Below, piece after piece: positions 21,884 to 31,917 of a stretch of DNA of 64,000 bases. Each line of letters starts with the position of its first letter. The first letter of the stretch is position 1. The notes under the pieces were generated by a model that was not told the origin of the DNA, searched no databases, and was given only the letters and a program-made list of their open reading frames with translations. A program made the translations under genes and the position numbers. This stretch comes from Limnothrix sp. BL-A-16 (GTDB taxonomy: Bacteria; Cyanobacteriota; Cyanobacteriia; CACIAM-69d): contig CP166615.1 of the NCBI GenBank assembly GCA_041937175.2, forward strand, positions 256,001-320,000, read 5' to 3'.

Positions 21884-22999
21884 GTGGATGCTAAATTTCC
21901 AGTTCAAAAATCCTTTGCACTAACCGGCACGCAGCTATTTTTGCTGCTGACGGGTTGCCTGAGCGCTGCCGCAGTGACAATCGACGGCCTGTCTGGGCGA
22001 TCGCCCTATGGCCTCGAATCGCTCACCTTGCCGCTGGTGACAGCCGCCGCTGTGACCGCCGCGATCGGGTCTTGGGTAGTGCCCCTGTTGCGCCGTCTCA
22101 AAACCGGCCAGGTGATTCGAGAAGATGGCCCCCAATCCCACTTTGTGAAAGCGGGAACCCCCACCATGGGCGGCATCTTCTTTGTGCCCACGGCCGTGAT
22201 TCTGACCCTACTTCTAGGAATAGGTTGTGGTTGGTCTGGTTCCCAGTGGGCCGACGCACTGGCGGTGGGAGCCTTGACCCTGGCCTATGGTTTCATTGGT
22301 TGGATTGACGATTGGCAGGTCTTGCGCCGCAAATCGAATAAAGGCATTACCCCGCGCCAAAAGCTGGCGCTGCAAGTGCTGTTTGGTGGGTTGTTTTGCC
22401 TCTGGTTGGGGCTGACAAAATCCTGGGATTTAACCACTGTGGCCTTGCCCTTGGGGTTTGCGCTGCCCTTGGGAATTTTGTTTTTCCCGATCGGCTGGTT
22501 CACCCTGGTGGCGGAAAGCAACGCTACGAACCTCACCGACGGCTTGGATGGACTGGCGGGCGGCACCGGGGCGATCGCTCTCTTGAGCTTGGGCGCGATT
22601 GTTTACCCCACTTCTCCGGCGCTGGGTCTTTTCTGCGCTTGCCTGTCTGGAGCCTGCCTGGGTTTTTTGGCCTATAACCGCAATCCAGCTCGCGTGTTTA
22701 TGGGCGATACGGGATCTTTGGCCCTTGGCGGTGCGTTGGCTGCCGTGGCCCTGTTGACCCACTCGCTTTGGAGTTTGGCCATTGTTGGCGGGGTGTTCTT
22801 GGCGGAAACCCTCTCGGTGGTGTTGCAGGTGAGCTATTACAAAGCCACCAAAGGCCCGGACGGCAAGGGCAAGCGGCTCTTCAAGATGGCTCCGCTGCAC
22901 CACCATTTTGAACTTTCCGGCTGGTCAGAATTGCAGGTAGTTTCCACGTTTTATCTGGTGGCGGCTGCCCTCGGCACGCTGGGACTTTGGTGGCGATAA
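21884..22999 (+). CDS. mraY: phospho-N-acetylmuramoyl-pentapeptide transferase
   Basis: KAGTPTMGG, IDDW, NATNLTDGLDGL, FMGDTGS, MAPLHHHFE. Confidence 0.97.
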   Translation: MDAKFPVQKSFALTGTQLFLLLTGCLSAAAVTIDGLSGRSPYGLESLTLPLVTAAAVTAAIGSWVVPLLRRLKTGQVIREDGPQSHFVKAGTPTMGGIFFVPTAVILTLLLGIGCGWSGSQWADALAVGALTLAYGFIGWIDDWQVLRRKSNKGITPRQKLALQVLFGGLFCLWLGLTKSWDLTTVALPLGFALPLGILFFPIGWFTLVAESNATNLTDGLDGLAGGTGAIALLSLGAIVYPTSPALGLFCACLSGACLGFLAYNRNPARVFMGDTGSLALGGALAAVALLTHSLWSLAIVGGVFLAETLSVVLQVSYYKATKGPDGKGKRLFKMAPLHHHFELSGWSELQVVSTFYLVAAALGTLGLWWR

Positions 23000-23091
23000 C
23001 GATTATTGGTTGCGGCTGATTCAGTCCCTGGTAATTCCCCGCCATCTAAGACCTAAACCCTCAGAAACGCCTGAAATAACGCCTGAAATTG

Positions 23092-23114
23092 CGGGGCCTA
23101 TGGCCCCGTTTTTT
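23092..23114 (+). terminator. intrinsic terminator of mraY
   Basis: CGGGGCC-TAT-GGCCCCG followed by T6. Confidence 0.75.
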
Positions 23115-23298
23115 CTTGGGCAATCATCCCGTGGAATGGCAAACTCAACAGTATCCTGAAGGGGGCAAGCTGCCGGGGCTGTGGTGATCGCCTGACCGAT
23201 GGGGCCGATGGATTGATGAGCCAGCGGAGTGAGTCAGAGGATCAAACCAACTGAGTAAGCCGCATGATTTTTGGATGTTCCTTGGCGTTCTAGCAAGC

Positions 23299-24324
23299 AT
23301 GGACGATTCTGATCTGGATTCGAGGAAACCGGTGAGTGCAACGGAGCGATCGACCGTTGCCATGGAGCCGGAGTCTTGGCCCATGGTGTCCGTGATTGTG
23401 CCGATCTATAACGGTGAGGCGGACTTGCCTCCCTTGGTCGATTGCCTGTTGGCTCAGGACTATCCCCCCAACCAGGTGGAATTCATCCTGGTGGACAATC
23501 GCAGCGGCGATCGCTCCTGGGACTGGTTGCAGCGGGCCCAGCACATGGCTAGCGATCGGGGATGGGCACTGCACCCCCTCCAGGAATTGACGATTCAGTC
23601 GTCCTATGCGGCGCGGAACCGGGGGATTCGAGCAGCGCGGGGGGAAATTTTGGTGTTTACGGATGCGGACTGTCGCCCTCGACCGCAATGGCTGCGATCG
23701 CTGATTGGAGATTTTGCCGATCCCGCGATCGGGATGGTGGCTGGCGAAATCACGGCCCTGCCGGGTCATACCCTGCTAGAACGCTATGCCGATCGCCAAG
23801 AAACCCTCTCGCAAAAACACACGATCGACCATCCCTTCTTGCCCTATGGCCAAACGGCGAACCTGGCGGTGCGGCGAGCAGTTTTCCAGGCGATCGGACT
23901 GTTTCGTCCTTACCTGACCACCGGAGGCGATGCGGATTTGTGTTGGCGGATGCAACAGGCCACGGAGTGGGCGATCGCCTTTGCGCCGGGGGCCATTGTG
24001 GAACATCGCCATCGGGCCACCTGGCAGGAATTTGCCAGTCAATGGCGACGCTATGGCCGCTCTAATCGCTACCTACACCAGTTGCATGGTGTGCCCCTGA
24101 TGCGTCGTCGATCGGCTCGCCAGGAATTGCGTCGTTGGGTGCGCTGGAGCCTGCGGGAGTTGCCCATTGCCATTGGGCGCTGGCTGTTTAAAAAAAGCTC
24201 CCTGCTCGATGTCCTGTCAACGCCGATTGAACTGTTAGGCAGTCGCGAGCGTTGGCGTGGGCAAGCTCAGGCCCAATTGCCCGATCGGGCGGACTGGATT
24301 GAGCCATTTGAGGCGTTGAAATGA
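23299..24324 (+). CDS. glycosyltransferase family 2
   Basis: VSVIVPIYN, VDNRSGD, ARNRG, FTDADC, GGDADLCWR; start uncertain. Confidence 0.92.
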   Translation: MDDSDLDSRKPVSATERSTVAMEPESWPMVSVIVPIYNGEADLPPLVDCLLAQDYPPNQVEFILVDNRSGDRSWDWLQRAQHMASDRGWALHPLQELTIQSSYAARNRGIRAARGEILVFTDADCRPRPQWLRSLIGDFADPAIGMVAGEITALPGHTLLERYADRQETLSQKHTIDHPFLPYGQTANLAVRRAVFQAIGLFRPYLTTGGDADLCWRMQQATEWAIAFAPGAIVEHRHRATWQEFASQWRRYGRSNRYLHQLHGVPLMRRRSARQELRRWVRWSLRELPIAIGRWLFKKSSLLDVLSTPIELLGSRERWRGQAQAQLPDRADWIEPFEALK

Positions 24325-24414
24325 GCTGTTGTTTAACCTTTTGGGTTGGCTTCTGAGACAACCCATCTCATTAGCTCCGAGGATTTCTGGGGAGTGCCTT
24401 GAATAATTACTAAG

Positions 24415-24498
24415 CACCGAATCGCCACGGGGCAAGGGGCCTAAGCCCCTTGTCTTCACCGAATCGCCACGGGGCAAGGGGCTTAAGCCCCTTGTCTT
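24415..24498. repeat. two tandem 42-bp units, each containing the REP-like palindrome
   Basis: CACCGAATCGCCACGGGGCAAGGGGC(C/T)TAAGCCCCTTGTCTT x2, one mismatch. Confidence 0.95.
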
Positions 24499-24560
24499 CA
24501 TTAGACCTCTTGCACGAATAAAGCAGTAGTGTAGAAAGTCGTCGTCACCCTGATCGGGAG

Positions 24561-24974
24561 ATGCTCTACAAAAGCCTCGCCTCGCTGCCCCCATCACAGT
24601 TTCGCCGTGCCTGTGGCTTCAGTCGCTCCACCTTCCAAGCCATGCTGGAAGTCCTCCGCCCCGCCCTAGACCGGAGTGGCAAACGCGGGGGCCAAAATAG
24701 TCTGAGTGTTGAGAATCAGCTTCTGCTAACCCTGCAATACTGGCGCGAGTATCGCACCCAATTCCACATCGGTCTCGATTTCGGGGTCTCAGAAGCCACC
24801 GTCTGTCGGATCATCAACCGTGTTGAGACCGTCTTGGTCAAAAGTGGTCGGTTTGCCTTGCCCGGCAAACGCCGTCTCTTAGACCCCGAAACCGACGAGT
24901 CAGTGGTGGTGATTGATGTGACCGAAGTCGCCATTGAACGCCCAAAAAAAACAGCGAGCTTACTACAGCGGTAA
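24561..24974 (+). CDS. IS transposase, N-terminal ORF (HTH and first catalytic Asp)
   Basis: LSVENQLLLTLQYWREYRTQFHIGLDFGVSEATVCRII; VIDVTEVAIERPKK. Confidence 0.9.
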   Translation: MLYKSLASLPPSQFRRACGFSRSTFQAMLEVLRPALDRSGKRGGQNSLSVENQLLLTLQYWREYRTQFHIGLDFGVSEATVCRIINRVETVLVKSGRFALPGKRRLLDPETDESVVVIDVTEVAIERPKKTASLLQR

Positions 24975-25389
24975 GCAAAAGCGGCATACGTTGAAAGGGC
25001 AATTGGTGATTGATTGGCGCTCCGGTCAATTCCTAGCGGTGGCAATCGGTCGAGGTCGCACCCATGACCTGCGACTTTGGCGTGAGAGCGCGTTTCGCCT
25101 AGCCCCAGACCGGCTGTGTCTAGCGGATAGTGGGTATCAAGGGCTAGCTCGTCACCATGAAGCCACGATCCTTCCGAAACGGAAACCACCTCGAAAGTGC
25201 CTGCCTGACGAGGAAAAAGCTTGCAATCAGGCGTTAGCGGCGGTGCGCATTCGGATTGAGCATGCCATTCGTCGCTTGAAGCGATTTCGGATCTTCTCAG
25301 AACGCTATCGCAATCGTCGTCGCCGTTTTGGCTTGAGGCTCCATCTGTTAGCTGGGTTGCTCAACTACCAAGCGGCACATCCAATTTGA
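24934..25389 (+). CDS. IS transposase, C-terminal ORF (DDE core), reached by frameshift
   Basis: YYSGKQKRHTLK, HDLRLW, LADSGYQG, RIRIEHAIRRLKRFRIFSERYRNRRRRFGLR. Confidence 0.9.
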   Translation: MNAQKKQRAYYSGKQKRHTLKGQLVIDWRSGQFLAVAIGRGRTHDLRLWRESAFRLAPDRLCLADSGYQGLARHHEATILPKRKPPRKCLPDEEKACNQALAAVRIRIEHAIRRLKRFRIFSERYRNRRRRFGLRLHLLAGLLNYQAAHPI

Positions 25390-25486
25390 TTCGTGCAAGA
25401 GGTCTATTGGTTCATGAGATTCAGGTTAATGCAGTTCAAAAGACAGCAGTGATCGCCTTTTAAATATCCTCTTAGGCTCGATCGAG

Positions 25487-27241
25487 TTAGATTCGATCGA
25501 GCACTGCAATCCCCAACAAATTCAATCCCAGTTTCAGGGTGCGTGCCGTGGCATCACAGAGCACTAAGCGGGAAGTGCGATCGGGTTCTGTGGCATTCAA
25601 AACCGGGCAGCGATCATAGAATTTGTTGAACTTTTTGCTCAATTCAAAAAGATATTCACAGAGACGATTGGGCATGAGTTCCGCCGCGATCGCCTCTAGA
25701 ACTTCATCCAGTCGCAAAATATGTTTCAGCAATGCCCATTCACTCTCATCACTGAGGGTTAATTCGGCACTGTCCAAGTTTTGAAAATCGATTTCACCCT
25801 TGCGACTAATGCTTTGGATCCGGGCATAGGCATAGAGCATATAGGGTGCTGTGTTGCCCTGCAGCGCCAACATTTTGTCGTAGCTAAAGGCATAGCTACT
25901 GGTGCGGTTTTGGGACAAGTCCGCGTACTTCACCGCGCTGAGACCCACAATTTGGGCCACTTGCTCAATGAACTCGGGGGATTCACTGCGATCTTCCGAC
26001 TGCAACCGCTGCGCCAAATCGGCCCGCGATCGCTCGATCGCCTCCGTCAACAAATCCTTCAGCTTGGGTGTATCCCCCGATCGGGTCTTCAGCTTTTTGC
26101 CGTCCTCGCCCAACACCAAACCAAAGGGCACATGCACCAGCTCGACTCCCGCCGGAACCCAGCCCGCCCGCTCGGCCACCTGGAACACCTGGGCAAAATG
26201 GCTTGCTTGCCCCGAATCGGTGACGTAAATAACGCGATCGGCCTGGTCTTGGGTGGTGCGATAACGAATGGCGGCCAAATCCGTTGTGGCGTAGTTGTAT
26301 CCCCCGTCAGACTTTTGAACAATTAGGGGCAGCGGGTTTCCGTCCTTATTCACAAAACCGTCCAAGAACACGCAGCGGGCCCCCGCATCTTCCACCAGCA
26401 GGCCCGCCGCTTCCAAGGCGCTCACCACCTCCGACAACAGGGGGTTATAGAACGATTCCCCCCGTTCCGTGAGTTGAATATCAAGCAGATCGTAGATTTT
26501 TTGGAACTCTCGCCGGGATTGATCGCACAGTAATTGCCAGGCGCGGCGACTGTCGGGATCGCCGCCCTGCAAGCGCACAACCTCTTGGCGCGATCGCTCT
26601 TTGAAATCCTCGTCTTCATCAAATCGCTTTTTCGCTTTTTGATAGAACGCCACCAGGTCTCCCAGGTCGATCGCGTTGGCATTGGTGAGGGCTTCCGGAG
26701 CCACTTCTCGCAGGTGGGTGATTAACATCCCAAACTGCGTGCCCCAATCGCCCACATGGTTCAGCCGCAACACATCGTGGCCCAAAAACTCCAAAACCCG
26801 GGCCAGCACATCGCCAATGATCGTGGAGCGCAGATGGCCCACATGCATTTCCTTAGCAATGTTGGGGCTGGAAAAGTCCACCAAAATGCGCTGCGGTTGC
26901 GCTACGGGGTCAATGCCCAGTCGATCGCTCCCTTGGCTCGATCGCAATTGCCCCAACAGGTAATCGGCCTTGAGGGTCAGATTAATGAAGCCCGGCCCCG
27001 CAATGGTGGGGGAGTCGCAGAAATCCTCGATCGCTAAGGCCGCCACGATCGCGCTGGCTACCTCGCGCGGCGGCTTGCCCCACTGTTTTGCTAAGGACAG
27101 GGCCACATTGGCTTGGTAATCCCCAAATTTGGGATTGCTGGCCGGAACCAGCATCGGATCCGTGCCAACCAACTCCGGGCCAAAGGCTTGGACCAGGGCG
27201 GTTTCCAGGGCTGAACGAAGGCGGGCGATCGCGTCTTTCAC
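25487..27241 (-). CDS. argS: arginine--tRNA ligase
   Basis: [52 protein letters not shown] start at 27241 inferred. Confidence 0.97.
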   Translation of the reverse strand: MKDAIARLRSALETALVQAFGPELVGTDPMLVPASNPKFGDYQANVALSLAKQWGKPPREVASAIVAALAIEDFCDSPTIAGPGFINLTLKADYLLGQLRSSQGSDRLGIDPVAQPQRILVDFSSPNIAKEMHVGHLRSTIIGDVLARVLEFLGHDVLRLNHVGDWGTQFGMLITHLREVAPEALTNANAIDLGDLVAFYQKAKKRFDEDEDFKERSRQEVVRLQGGDPDSRRAWQLLCDQSRREFQKIYDLLDIQLTERGESFYNPLLSEVVSALEAAGLLVEDAGARCVFLDGFVNKDGNPLPLIVQKSDGGYNYATTDLAAIRYRTTQDQADRVIYVTDSGQASHFAQVFQVAERAGWVPAGVELVHVPFGLVLGEDGKKLKTRSGDTPKLKDLLTEAIERSRADLAQRLQSEDRSESPEFIEQVAQIVGLSAVKYADLSQNRTSSYAFSYDKMLALQGNTAPYMLYAYARIQSISRKGEIDFQNLDSAELTLSDESEWALLKHILRLDEVLEAIAAELMPNRLCEYLFELSKKFNKFYDRCPVLNATEPDRTSRLVLCDATARTLKLGLNLLGIAVLDRI

Positions 27242-27460
27242 CGGCAAAAAGGGGAACGGTTTCCAGAAAAAAAATCTCGCCCACAAGATAAGGCGCGGGG
27301 CGTTCGGCCGCGGCCAAACGTGGAGTTCCCCGCGCGCGAAGAGCAAAGGGCAATAGAAGATTTTACTGGAATTGGGGAGGGCCAGGCCGCCTTCTCGTCG
27401 GATTCTGTTGGCTAGGGGCCCTGGAGATGGGGTTAGTTCCTGTTGCTTAGGCGATGGGAT

Positions 27461-27991
27461 CTAGCGATTCCGGCAGCGCACCCGCTCCAGATCGCCTTCA
27501 ACGTTGCGAGGAATCCGCCGTAAATCGACACCGGAGCGATAGAGGGTTGCAGAATCCCAAAGCTTGGCCCCTTCAAGGTTGGCCCCTTCAAAGTTGGTAT
27601 TTTCGTCCACGATCGCCCCGCCCAAGTCCACATTGCGCAGATCTGCGCCACGCAGATCGGTTCCGCTGAGGTTGGCATCTACAAAATTGGCAAATCGCAG
27701 CTTGGTGTTGCGCAGGTTGGCGCTGGTCAAGTTGGCGCAGGTGAAGTAGCTGCCCTCGAAGTTGCTGTCGGCAAGATTGGCCAGTTGCAGTTGGGCCTGA
27801 CGCAGCCGCGCATTAACCCGACTGATGCCGCTGAGGTTGGCTTCCTGAAGATCGCAACCTTGGCAACTGCGGGCGCTACCGCTGATGAACTGCTGGGGAT
27901 CGGTGGTGTTTTGGGCCCAGGCCACGCTGGCCAAGCTGCCTGCCAGTAGGAAGGTGATCGCGGCAGTCCAAGTTTTGTGGGACGTTTTCAT
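27461..27991 (-). CDS. pentapeptide repeat protein, exported
   Basis: Signal peptide, CQGCDL, many A(N/D)Lxx repeats. Confidence 0.9.
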   Translation of the reverse strand: MKTSHKTWTAAITFLLAGSLASVAWAQNTTDPQQFISGSARSCQGCDLQEANLSGISRVNARLRQAQLQLANLADSNFEGSYFTCANLTSANLRNTKLRFANFVDANLSGTDLRGADLRNVDLGGAIVDENTNFEGANLEGAKLWDSATLYRSGVDLRRIPRNVEGDLERVRCRNR

Positions 27992-28451
27992 GGGTTGACC
28001 TCTCGGCAAATCGGCAAGGATGGACAAGGTGCGCGCCTTAGGCAGACATCGGTGAAACGGCTGTAATGGCAGGGAACGATCGCGCTAGGATGCTTATCGG
28101 TGTCCCCCAGAGTTCCAACCCATGCGAGTTTTACGCTTGTTCCAATTGTTGTTGGCCCTGGCTGGCTCGATCGTGACCGGTCGTCAATGCGATCAAGGTC
28201 ATCAATGGGGTTTCGGTCAAGGGCAACACAGGGATCACCACAGGGAACCACAGGGGCGATCGGCGGCGACCGCGACGGGCAACCAGGTGAGTCGTTCTGG
28301 GTCAATACAACTCGATCGCCAGTTCGCCCGGATCGCTTGCGGGACAGTATTCAAACCGATATCTCAATTCGTAACCGTCCGTTGGCTCCAAGTCCAGGGG
28401 GGGCTTGAGTCAGGAAGGGCTGAATGCTTTCAATGGCAGTACTTACAGGCA

Positions 28452-29258
28452 ATGGGGCGAAGTTTGGCGATCGGGCTGATGGGATTGGTGATTTGTGCCA
28501 GTTGGGCAATTGTGCCAAGGCCAAGTTTGGCCGATGAGTTGCCCCTCGAAGCCCGCGTTCAGGCCGCGCGATCGCTCTTTGACCAAGCCTTTGAGGCCAC
28601 CAATGGCGGGCAATTTGCCCAGGCCGAGCGTTATTGGACACAAATTTTAGAACTTTTTCCCGACAATGCGGAAATTTGGAGCAATCGGGGCAATGCCCGC
28701 GCCAGCCAAAATCGGCTGCAGGAGGCGATCGCGGACTATAACGAAGCGATTAGCCGTGCTCCCAATGCGCCGGATCCCTACCTGAATCGGGGGGCGGCTC
28801 GGGAGAATGCGGGTGATCTGACGGGGGCGATCGCGGACTATGACCATGTGTTGGAACTGGATCCCAATGATGCGGCCGCCTACAACAACCGGGGCAATGC
28901 GGAGGCGGGCCTTGGTCAATGGGCGATCGCGGTTGAGGACTATGCCCAGGCGGAGCGCTTGGCTCCCGATTTTGCGATCGCCCGGGTGAACCATGCCCTG
29001 GCCCTGTTCCAGGTGGGCGATCGGGCGGAGGCCTTGCGCCTGTTGCGGAATTTGGTGCGGAAATATCCCACCTTTGCCGATGCGCGGGCGGCCCTGACGG
29101 CGGCCCTGTGGGATGCGGGCGATCGGGGTGAGGCCGAGAGCCAGTGGGTCTCGGTGGTGGGTCTCGATCGACGCTACAAGGATTTGGAGTGGGTGGCGAA
29201 GGTGCGCCGTTGGCCACCCGCTATGGTGGCCGCCCTAGAAAAATTCCTCAAACTTTAA
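28452..29258 (+). CDS. tetratricopeptide repeat protein
   Basis: IWSNRGNAR, PYLNRGAA, AYNNRGNA repeats; N-terminal hydrophobic segment; upstream ORF extension probably spurious. Confidence 0.88.
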   Translation: MGRSLAIGLMGLVICASWAIVPRPSLADELPLEARVQAARSLFDQAFEATNGGQFAQAERYWTQILELFPDNAEIWSNRGNARASQNRLQEAIADYNEAISRAPNAPDPYLNRGAARENAGDLTGAIADYDHVLELDPNDAAAYNNRGNAEAGLGQWAIAVEDYAQAERLAPDFAIARVNHALALFQVGDRAEALRLLRNLVRKYPTFADARAALTAALWDAGDRGEAESQWVSVVGLDRRYKDLEWVAKVRRWPPAMVAALEKFLKL

Positions 29259-29351
29259 ACTCTATGGCCATCCAGCGGGCGAGAACTGGCATTGTTCATC
29301 CCTGCTGGATTGAGTTGAAATTGAGCGAGTTGAAATTGAGCGAACTGGCAG

Positions 29352-30299
29352 TTAGCGAGCTGCTGAGCGATCGCGCTTGAGGCGATCGAGCAACACTTGG
29401 GCATCCTTCAACAGTTGAGTGCCCCAGAGGTTGTCCTTCAGGTACTGCAAATCCGCATAGCGCTCATCGGTGTCCAAAGCTTCCTGGGCCAGGGCTAAAC
29501 CCTTCAGGCAGTTGGGATCTCGGGCTTGGCTTTGGCAACCGGCAGCGGTATAGGTGGCCGTGGCGATCGCCAGTTTGGGTTCTGCGGCGGTTGGATCCAC
29601 GGCCAAAGCCGCTTCCCACTCCTTGAGGGCATTTTCCCGATCGCCCAACTCATACAGCGCCAATCCGATATTGTTCACCGCCGGCCACATCCGTGCTTCC
29701 AGGGTCACCGCTTGCCGAAACTGCTCGATCGCCTGCTGAAACCGGCCCATGGTCAGGTAAACATTCCCCAAATCGAACCGGCCCGTGGGCGAGTCCTGAA
29801 GCTTAAGGCCCGCCTGCAACGTGGTTAGCGCCTCATCCCAGCGCTTCTGTTGCCCGTAGGCCGACCCTAACGCCAACAATACCGATGGATCTTCCGGAGC
29901 CAAGGCCCGGGCCGATTCCAGTACCTGAATGCCCCGATCGACCTGTTGAGATTGGAGATATAAACCGCCCATCAATCGCAAAACCTGCGGATTTTTGGGA
30001 GCAAGATAGGCCGCCACTCGAATGCGGGCCAGGGCCTCATCGTATTGCTCAAACTGCACCAATCGCGCCGCATCTTGGGCTAGATCCAAAGCCTGCTCAG
30101 ACCACTGGGGATCAATCGGTGGTGCATAGGGCAGCAACACTTCTGCCCGGGCCGGCATGGATAGCCCCATGCAACCCCAAAGCACAGCCAGAACCTGAAG
30201 CGCTCGAATGCTCTGTTTTTTCAAGCTCAGTTTGCCCAGTTTGCTCACAGTCCTGTTTATCCAATGCTGCTGACAACGATCACAAGGCCATCTTAGCAA
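29352..30299 (-). CDS. tetratricopeptide repeat protein
   Basis: RFDLGNVY, AVNNIGLALYELG, LKDNLWG; true start probably downstream of 30299. Confidence 0.85.
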   Translation of the reverse strand: MLRWPCDRCQQHWINRTVSKLGKLSLKKQSIRALQVLAVLWGCMGLSMPARAEVLLPYAPPIDPQWSEQALDLAQDAARLVQFEQYDEALARIRVAAYLAPKNPQVLRLMGGLYLQSQQVDRGIQVLESARALAPEDPSVLLALGSAYGQQKRWDEALTTLQAGLKLQDSPTGRFDLGNVYLTMGRFQQAIEQFRQAVTLEARMWPAVNNIGLALYELGDRENALKEWEAALAVDPTAAEPKLAIATATYTAAGCQSQARDPNCLKGLALAQEALDTDERYADLQYLKDNLWGTQLLKDAQVLLDRLKRDRSAAR

Positions 30300-30468
30300 C
30301 CTGAATTAATCCGGCGGGCAATTAATCCGGCTTGGCGGCTGGACAGGGGCCCAAAACTGGGTTGGGTTCAAGACCCGATCGCCCAATATCCCTGGAATCC
30401 CGCGCGATCCCAGGTGTTGCCAGGGGGAAATTGGCCCGACTTCGAGATTCCAGACGCTCCTTCAGGTG

Positions 30469-30831
30469 CTACTTCAACAGTTGCCGCACCGTGTCAATCA
30501 GCTCTTCCGGTTGGAAGGGCTTGGCGATGTAAGCATCGGCCCCTTGTTTCATGCCCCAGTAGCGATCGAACTCTTCGCTCTTGCTGGTGCAAAGCACCAC
30601 GGGCACATCCTTTCGGTTGTTATCCGACTTCATCCAACGACAAAATTCATAGCCATTCATCCGGGGCATCACAATGTCTGTGATCACCAAATCCGGAGCA
30701 CTGGCCTCAAATTGCACCTGTGCCTCTACCCCATCGCCCGCCAAAACCGTCGTCATGCCGTGTTTTTGGAGGAGTGCGGCAATCATCTCGCGCATCGTTG
30801 CGCTGTCATCGACAATTAGCACCTTACTCAC
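30469..30831 (-). CDS. single-domain response regulator (PilH/PixH-like)
   Basis: VLIVDDS, ITDIVMPRMNGYE, FDRYWGMKQGADAYIAKPF; AAGGAGG RBS before GTG at 30831. Confidence 0.9.
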   Translation of the reverse strand: MSKVLIVDDSATMREMIAALLQKHGMTTVLAGDGVEAQVQFEASAPDLVITDIVMPRMNGYEFCRWMKSDNNRKDVPVVLCTSKSEEFDRYWGMKQGADAYIAKPFQPEELIDTVRQLLK

Positions 30832-30890
30832 GACATCCTCCTTCGCAGTTGGCGGCGGTTGCTGACCGCCATCCCTCGCAATCGGGCGAG

Positions 30891-31370
30891 TTAACCACCC
30901 ATGATATGTACCACAACTTCGCGCGTGCGACCGTGCTGTCGATGTTCCCAGAGATAGATTCCCTGCCAAATCCCCAGTCCCAGTTGACCATGCACGATCG
31001 GAATTTGTTCAGAAGTGTGGGTCAAGGCGGTGCGAATGTGGGCCGGCATGTCGTCGGGCCCTTCGGCACTGTGTTGGTAGGGAGCCGATTCGGGGACGAG
31101 GCCGGCGAGGAAGGTTTCCAGGTCTTGCAACACGTCAGAATCGGCGTTTTCCTGGATCACCAGACTGGCGGAGGTATGCTGCACAAACAGCGTACAGAGG
31201 CCGGTGGTCACTCCCGATCGCGCCACCAGTTCCGCGATCGCGCTGGTGATGTTGTGCAACCGTTTGCCTTGGGTTGAAAGGCGCAGTACCTGTTGCACAT
31301 GGGTCGTTTGCGATCGCTGGTCGATCGCCCCAACCGAAATGACAGTGGCGGAGGCGCTAGAACGACTCAT
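30891..31370 (-). CDS. yjbQ: YjbQ/UPF0047 family protein
   Basis: HTSASLVIQENAD, EGPDDMPAHIR, LGIWQGIYLWEHR. Confidence 0.92.
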   Translation of the reverse strand: MSRSSASATVISVGAIDQRSQTTHVQQVLRLSTQGKRLHNITSAIAELVARSGVTTGLCTLFVQHTSASLVIQENADSDVLQDLETFLAGLVPESAPYQHSAEGPDDMPAHIRTALTHTSEQIPIVHGQLGLGIWQGIYLWEHRQHGRTREVVVHIMGG

Positions 31371-31526
31371 GGAAACTGGAATAGGGACTGAAAAAGTTCT
31401 GCATGGAGCGATCGAAATATTTCAAAAAGCAATTCTTCACAAACAACCACGAACAATCACAAACAATTATTCATGGATCCGGATCGGTCGCTCTATTCCG
31501 ATGCAAGACCGCCATCAAAAATAGGG

Positions 31527-31721
31527 TTGACATCCTCCCCACCGCAAGCGAACGGGGATTTCCAAACCTCACGATTTGGGTTTCTGCTTCATCATGCCAG
31601 CCCTCTGAGATTGGCTCTCTTCGGGTCTTGCGGTTGCTCCACAGACTGAAACCGCTAGCCCAGCGGCCACCTGTAATTTAGCATGCCCTGAAAGGGCGGG
31701 GTTTTAGACCCAAATTTTTCT
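31527..31721 (-). mobile_element. non-autonomous IS200/IS605 derivative: left end + tnpB 3' tail/omegaRNA scaffold + right end
   Basis: Minus strand: TTTAT|AGAAAAATTTGGGTCTAAAACCCCGCCCTTTCAGGGC; then sequence reading AAGLAVSVCGATARPEESQSQRAGMMKQKPKS* (TnpB C-terminal tail type); then AATCCCCG...GGGGAGGATGTCAA right end. Confidence 0.85.
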
Positions 31722-31917
31722 ATAAACCGACTTTTGGCGAGATTTATGGACAGGATTTCCGCCATTGACCGCTTCGGTTCACCAATTTTAGGTGAAGGCT
31801 GAGGGCTGGTTGGACGGTGGTTGGATACTGATTCTGGGTGGTTATTTTGGACGATCGCTCTCAATCGTTCCAAGCGGCAACGGGGCCATGGGAGCCATGA
31901 ATTTTGGGGATCCATCA

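Larger units (their letters stand above)
24504..25404 (+). mobile_element. IS5-family insertion sequence (ISL2/IS702-like), 901 bp
   Basis: Perfect 16-bp TIRs GACCTCTTGCACGAAT / ATTCGTGCAAGAGGTC, TA on both sides, split DDE transposase. Confidence 0.93.

Noticed and set aside
24415..24498. Possible mini CRISPR array (also considered at 38089-38170 and 59899-59973)
   Set aside because: Units are directly tandem with no unique spacers, and no cas genes are present.
27242..27346. N-terminal extensions in the ORF track (argS; similarly sigG, the PilH-like gene, the pseudouridine synthase and the 28122 TPR ORF)
   Set aside because: Family-like sequence begins at downstream start codons; the extensions look like open-frame run-on.
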